DNA of 10,623 nucleotides from Escherichia coli (GTDB lineage Bacteria; Pseudomonadota; Gammaproteobacteria; Enterobacterales; Enterobacteriaceae): NCBI RefSeq assembly GCF_003334815.1, contig NZ_QOWO01000061.1; one strand, 5' to 3'. Shown piece by piece: positions 7,667 to 10,623 of this stretch (position 1 is its first letter; each line of letters starts with the position of its first letter). The notes under the pieces were generated by a model. It saw only the letters and a program-made list of their open reading frames with translations, ran no database searches and was not told where the DNA came from. The position numbers and the translations under genes were made by a program.

Positions 7667-8167
7667 ATGGACAGCGAGGAGCCTCCGAACGTTCGGGTCG
7701 CCTGCTCGGGTGATATCGACGAGGTTGTGCGGCTGATGCACGACGCTGCGGCGTGGATGTCCGCCAAGGGAACGCCCGCCTGGGACGTCGCGCGGATCGA
7801 CCGGACATTCGCGGAGACCTTCGTCCTGAGATCCGAGCTCCTAGTCGCGAGTTGCAGCGACGGCATCGTCGGCTGTTGCACCTTGTCGGCCGAGGATCCC
7901 GAGTTCTGGCCCGACGCCCTCAAGGGGGAGGCCGCATATCTGCACAAGCTCGCGGTGCGACGGACACATGCGGGCCGGGGTGTCAGCTCCGCGCTGATCG
8001 AGGCTTGCCGCCATGCCGCGCGAACGCAGGGGTGCGCCAAGCTGCGGCTCGACTGCCACCCGAACCTGCGTGGCCTATACGAGCGGCTCGGATTCACCCA
8101 CGTCGACACTTTCAATCCCGGCTGGGATCCAACCTTCATCGCAGAACGCCTAGAACTCGAAATCTAA
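7667..8167 (+). CDS. orf5 of the 3'-CS: putative GNAT-family N-acetyltransferase, 166 aa, substrate unknown
   Basis: GGGGAG Shine-Dalgarno at 7658-7663. Protein contains a GNAT-like acetyl-CoA-binding motif (HKLAVRRTHAGRGVSSALI). Recognised as the conserved orf5 downstream of sul1. Confidence 0.9.
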   Translation: MDSEEPPNVRVACSGDIDEVVRLMHDAAAWMSAKGTPAWDVARIDRTFAETFVLRSELLVASCSDGIVGCCTLSAEDPEFWPDALKGEAAYLHKLAVRRTHAGRGVSSALIEACRHAARTQGCAKLRLDCHPNLRGLYERLGFTHVDTFNPGWDPTFIAERLELEI

Positions 8168-8342
8168 CGTCCGTTCGGGCATCGAGGTCCATGTCGGGGT
8201 GGGACGGGCCCGTGGCTTCAAGATCACTTGCAGTCCGACCGCGATGTCTTGGTTGCGCGAGAGGTTGTCGATATCTGTTGATTTGCACCCAAATTTGACC
8301 CGGGATTTGCATTGAATTTTGACCCACCCCTTGTTGTCAGAA

Positions 8343-9128
8343 TTATGTCTCGATTTTCAGTTTGCGGGTCTGTTTTTCCTCCTGCTTATTCTGAGTTGAA
8401 CTGTGTTTGAAGCGGTAACTTTCATTGCCGGTTTCCAGGATGTGGCAGTGGTGGGTTAGTCGGTCCAACAACGCTGTTGTCATCTTTTCATCGCCAAACA
8501 CTCGGCTCCATTCCGAGAAGCTCAAGTTGGTGGTCAGTATCACGCTGGTTTTTTCGTACAGCTTTGAGAGCAGGTGAAACAGCAGTGCCCCACCGGTTTG
8601 GCTAAAAGGCAAATATCCCAGCTCATCCAGAATCACCAAATCGGCATACAACAGACGGTTTGCGATTTGTCCCTGACGCCCAGATGATTTCTCTTGCTCC
8701 AGTGCATTGACCAAATCCACGGTGGAGAAGAAACGCACCCGTCGGTTCAAGTGCATCACTGCTTGTGTACCAATGGCTGTGGCCAGGTGAGTCTTGCCTG
8801 TGCCTGGCCCACCAATCAGCACCACGTTCTGGGCTTGTTCCATGAAGTCGCACCGGTGCAATTGTTTGACCGTGGCCTCATTAACCAGGCTTTGACTGAA
8901 GTCAAAGCCCACCAAGTCCCGATACACGGGGAACTTGGCCACCCGCAATTGATAGTTCACCGAACGTACTTCACGCTCTGCCACTTCAGCTTTAATCAAG
9001 CTGTCCAGCATGGGCAAGGCTTGATTAAATGCTGGTGAATTCTGATTGCCCAACTCCTCAATGGCGTGTGCCATGCCAAAGAGTTTCAAGGATTTGAGGA
9101 TTCTCACATGGCCTTCATGCTGCATCAT
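8343..9128 (-). CDS. istB: IstB, IS21-family ATP-binding transposition helper protein, 261 aa
   Basis: Walker A motif GGPGTGKTH and Walker B region LVILDELGY. Overall similarity to IS21 IstB/DnaC-like ATPases, recognised as the IS1326 type. Confidence 0.93.
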   Translation of the reverse strand: MMQHEGHVRILKSLKLFGMAHAIEELGNQNSPAFNQALPMLDSLIKAEVAEREVRSVNYQLRVAKFPVYRDLVGFDFSQSLVNEATVKQLHRCDFMEQAQNVVLIGGPGTGKTHLATAIGTQAVMHLNRRVRFFSTVDLVNALEQEKSSGRQGQIANRLLYADLVILDELGYLPFSQTGGALLFHLLSKLYEKTSVILTTNLSFSEWSRVFGDEKMTTALLDRLTHHCHILETGNESYRFKHSSTQNKQEEKQTRKLKIET

Positions 9129-10623
9129 GGGCTCTCCTTAAACTGTCATAGCGGTTCACGTTGGCCTGTGGTTCCAATGTCAGCCTTAACCCCTTGGGAA
9201 TTGGAATCGGTTTGGGTGGAGGTTCTTCGGTCAAACGTCCCAACAGATTAAGCACATGCTCCTTCGATGGCTTGCCACACTCCAATGCCAATTCCACAGC
9301 ACTGAGTACCGCACCTTCATCGTGGTGCAATACAAGGGCCAGAATTTCCACCATGTCACGGTCACCGCCGGGGCGTTGCAGCAAGATGGATTGAAGCTTC
9401 TTGAACGCGGGTGGCAATTCAGCAAATGGCGCACCATTGCGCAACGCCCCAGGTTTCTTCTGAAGCACAGACAAGTAATGGTGCCAGTCGTATTGTGTGT
9501 GGCCACGCCGAGCGTGGCCACTGCCAAACAATCTTGGATGCTCGGCAATGTGTTGGCCTTCGGCAGCCATCACCAGCTTGTCTGCATAAATCCGAAGGCT
9601 GATGGCCCTGTTGGCGTAACTGGCAGGAACGCTGTAGCGATTGCCCTCGTGGTGAACAAGGCAGGTTGAAGTGACTCGCTTGGTTTGCTCCACGAATGCA
9701 TCAAAGGCATTGGGTAGCGCCATCAACTCGCCTTGTTCATCGGCAAAGGCCTCTTGCACGGTTTGGTCCAATTCGGGGTGGCGCAGCTCAGACCACAGCG
9801 CTTTGCAGCGATGCTCAAGCCACACATTCAAATCAGCAAGGCTTTGAAAGTCTGGTGCCCCTTGCCACAGGCGTTGGCGGGAATCCTGCACGTTCTTCTC
9901 AATCTGGCCTTTCTCCCAACCCGATGCTGGATTACAGAACTGCGCATCAAACAGGTAGTGGCTGACCATGGCAGTGAACCGCTGATTGACCCTGCGCTCT
10001 TTGCCACGCCCCACCGAATCCACAGCGGTCTTCATGTTGTCGTAGATGCCGCGCTTGGGAATGCCACCGAAGATTTGAAAGGCATGCCAGTGGGCATCAA
10101 ACAGCATTTCATGTTTTTGCTGGTAGTAAGCCCGAAGCACAAAGGCCCGGCTGTGGGCCAACTTAAACTGGGCAATCTGAAGTTTGACCTGTTTGCCCGC
10201 TATGCGGGCAAAGTCCTCACTCCAATCGAATTGGAAGGCTTCGCCACAAGCAAAGCGCAAGGGGATGAAACAACCCTTGCCCGAGGTTTGCGCCTTGAAC
10301 TGTTCGGAATCTTTCCACTGTCGGGCAAAGGCACACACTCGGTCATAAGACCCGGTAAAGCCCAAAGCGACCAAATCCCGGTACATGCTGCGCAGGTTTC
10401 TGCGCAGCTTCTTTGTCTTTTTGTGCTCGGTGGAGAGCCACTGCCTTAACTTGGGCTCAAAAGGACTTAACTTGCCAACGCTGTCTCGCGCTGGGTACTG
10501 CGGTTCAACCACCTTGCTTTGCAAATACTTGCGAACGGTGTTCCTGGACAGGCCGCTTCGTCGGGCTATTTCCCGAATCGACGCACCATCGCGAAAATGC
10601 CAGCGTCGAATTGCGCTCAATAT
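9115..10623 (-). CDS. istA: IstA, IS21-family transposase (N-terminal HTH, DDE catalytic core); 5' end at or just beyond the window edge
   Basis: Long ORF with an N-terminal helix-turn-helix ([19 protein letters not shown]) and DDE-type integrase core. The frame is open to the window end. The first in-window candidate start is TTG at 10618-10620 (complement), and the codon before it is not a stop. Confidence 0.9.
   Translation of the reverse strand: MLSAIRRWHFRDGASIREIARRSGLSRNTVRKYLQSKVVEPQYPARDSVGKLSPFEPKLRQWLSTEHKKTKKLRRNLRSMYRDLVALGFTGSYDRVCAFARQWKDSEQFKAQTSGKGCFIPLRFACGEAFQFDWSEDFARIAGKQVKLQIAQFKLAHSRAFVLRAYYQQKHEMLFDAHWHAFQIFGGIPKRGIYDNMKTAVDSVGRGKERRVNQRFTAMVSHYLFDAQFCNPASGWEKGQIEKNVQDSRQRLWQGAPDFQSLADLNVWLEHRCKALWSELRHPELDQTVQEAFADEQGELMALPNAFDAFVEQTKRVTSTCLVHHEGNRYSVPASYANRAISLRIYADKLVMAAEGQHIAEHPRLFGSGHARRGHTQYDWHHYLSVLQKKPGALRNGAPFAELPPAFKKLQSILLQRPGGDRDMVEILALVLHHDEGAVLSAVELALECGKPSKEHVLNLLGRLTEEPPPKPIPIPKGLRLTLEPQANVNRYDSLRRAHDAA

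Larger units (their letters stand above)
2..10623. mobile_element. Tn21-type (Tn3 superfamily) transposon, tnp-proximal part: IR, tnpA, tnpR, res, tnpM, then the inserted class 1 integron; continues past the window end
   Basis: Terminal 38-bp IR at 2-39 followed by co-oriented tnpA (988 aa) and tnpR (186 aa serine resolvase), res and tnpM, then integron IRi immediately after the tnpM start codon. This is the Tn21 arrangement as I recall it; not verified by alignment. Confidence 0.85.
4041..10623 (+). mobile_element. Class 1 integron (In2-like): 5'-CS, aadA1 cassette, 3'-CS, then an IS1326-like insertion; continues past the window end
   Basis: IRi at 4041-4065, intI1, Pc/P2, attI1, one cassette with attC, then qacEdelta1-sul1-orf5 and an IS21-family element. 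Confidence 0.88.
8276..10623 (-). mobile_element. IS21-family insertion sequence (IS1326-like), partial; the istB-proximal end abuts the truncated 3'-CS and the element continues past the window end
   Basis: istA-istB pair with a 14-bp overlap. Terminal region 8276-8330 carries reiterated ATTTG(A/C)CCC-like motifs (8281-8290, 8293-8301, 8317-8325), typical of IS21-family multi-repeat ends. Exact terminus uncertain by about 10 bp. Confidence 0.75.

Noticed and set aside
7043..8327. ORFs overlapping sul1 and orf5 (7043..7240, 7078..7284, 7208..7468, 7469..7741, 7620..7808, 7645..8139, 7753..8298, 7841..8059, 8136..8327)
   Set aside because: Alternate-frame or antisense to sul1 and orf5 in GC-rich DNA. 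7753..8298 could be mistaken for a downstream orf6, but it overlaps orf5 out of frame and runs into the IS terminus.
8623..10449. Plus- and minus-strand ORFs overlapping istB and istA (8623..8853, 8694..9038, 9066..9251, 9161..9394, 9231..9548, 9256..9669, 9411..9602, 9696..9965, 9733..10449)
   Set aside because: Antisense or alternate-frame to the intact IS21-family istA/istB genes, which carry clear Walker and HTH/DDE signatures. The overlapping ORFs have none.
1..10623. Looked for CRISPR arrays, tRNA/rRNA genes, toxin-antitoxin pairs and defence-system signatures
   Set aside because: No regularly spaced direct repeats, no cloverleaf-compatible tRNA-like segments and no small adjacent gene pairs outside the assigned modules were seen. 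The only repeats are the transposon and integron IRs, attC, res half-sites and the IS terminal motifs.

Overview
This window is the transposition end of a Tn21-type (Tn3-superfamily) transposon carrying an In2-like class 1 integron, and I find no support for a novel system in it. Reading left to right: the 38-bp terminal inverted repeat, tnpA and tnpR (minus strand), the res site, the tnpM fragment, then the integron boundary IRi, intI1, the Pc and P2 promoters, attI1, a single aadA1 cassette with its attC, the 3'-conserved segment (qacEdelta1, sul1, orf5), and an IS21-family element (IS1326-like, istB and istA) that cuts off the 3'-CS and runs past the window end. All identifications come from reading the sequence and from recognising the ORF-track proteins from memory; no database search was run. 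Every ORF of substance resolves to a known module, so the findings are junctions and regulatory details rather than new genes. The remaining plus/minus-strand ORFs in the track are antisense or frame-shifted shadows of these genes in GC-rich DNA.
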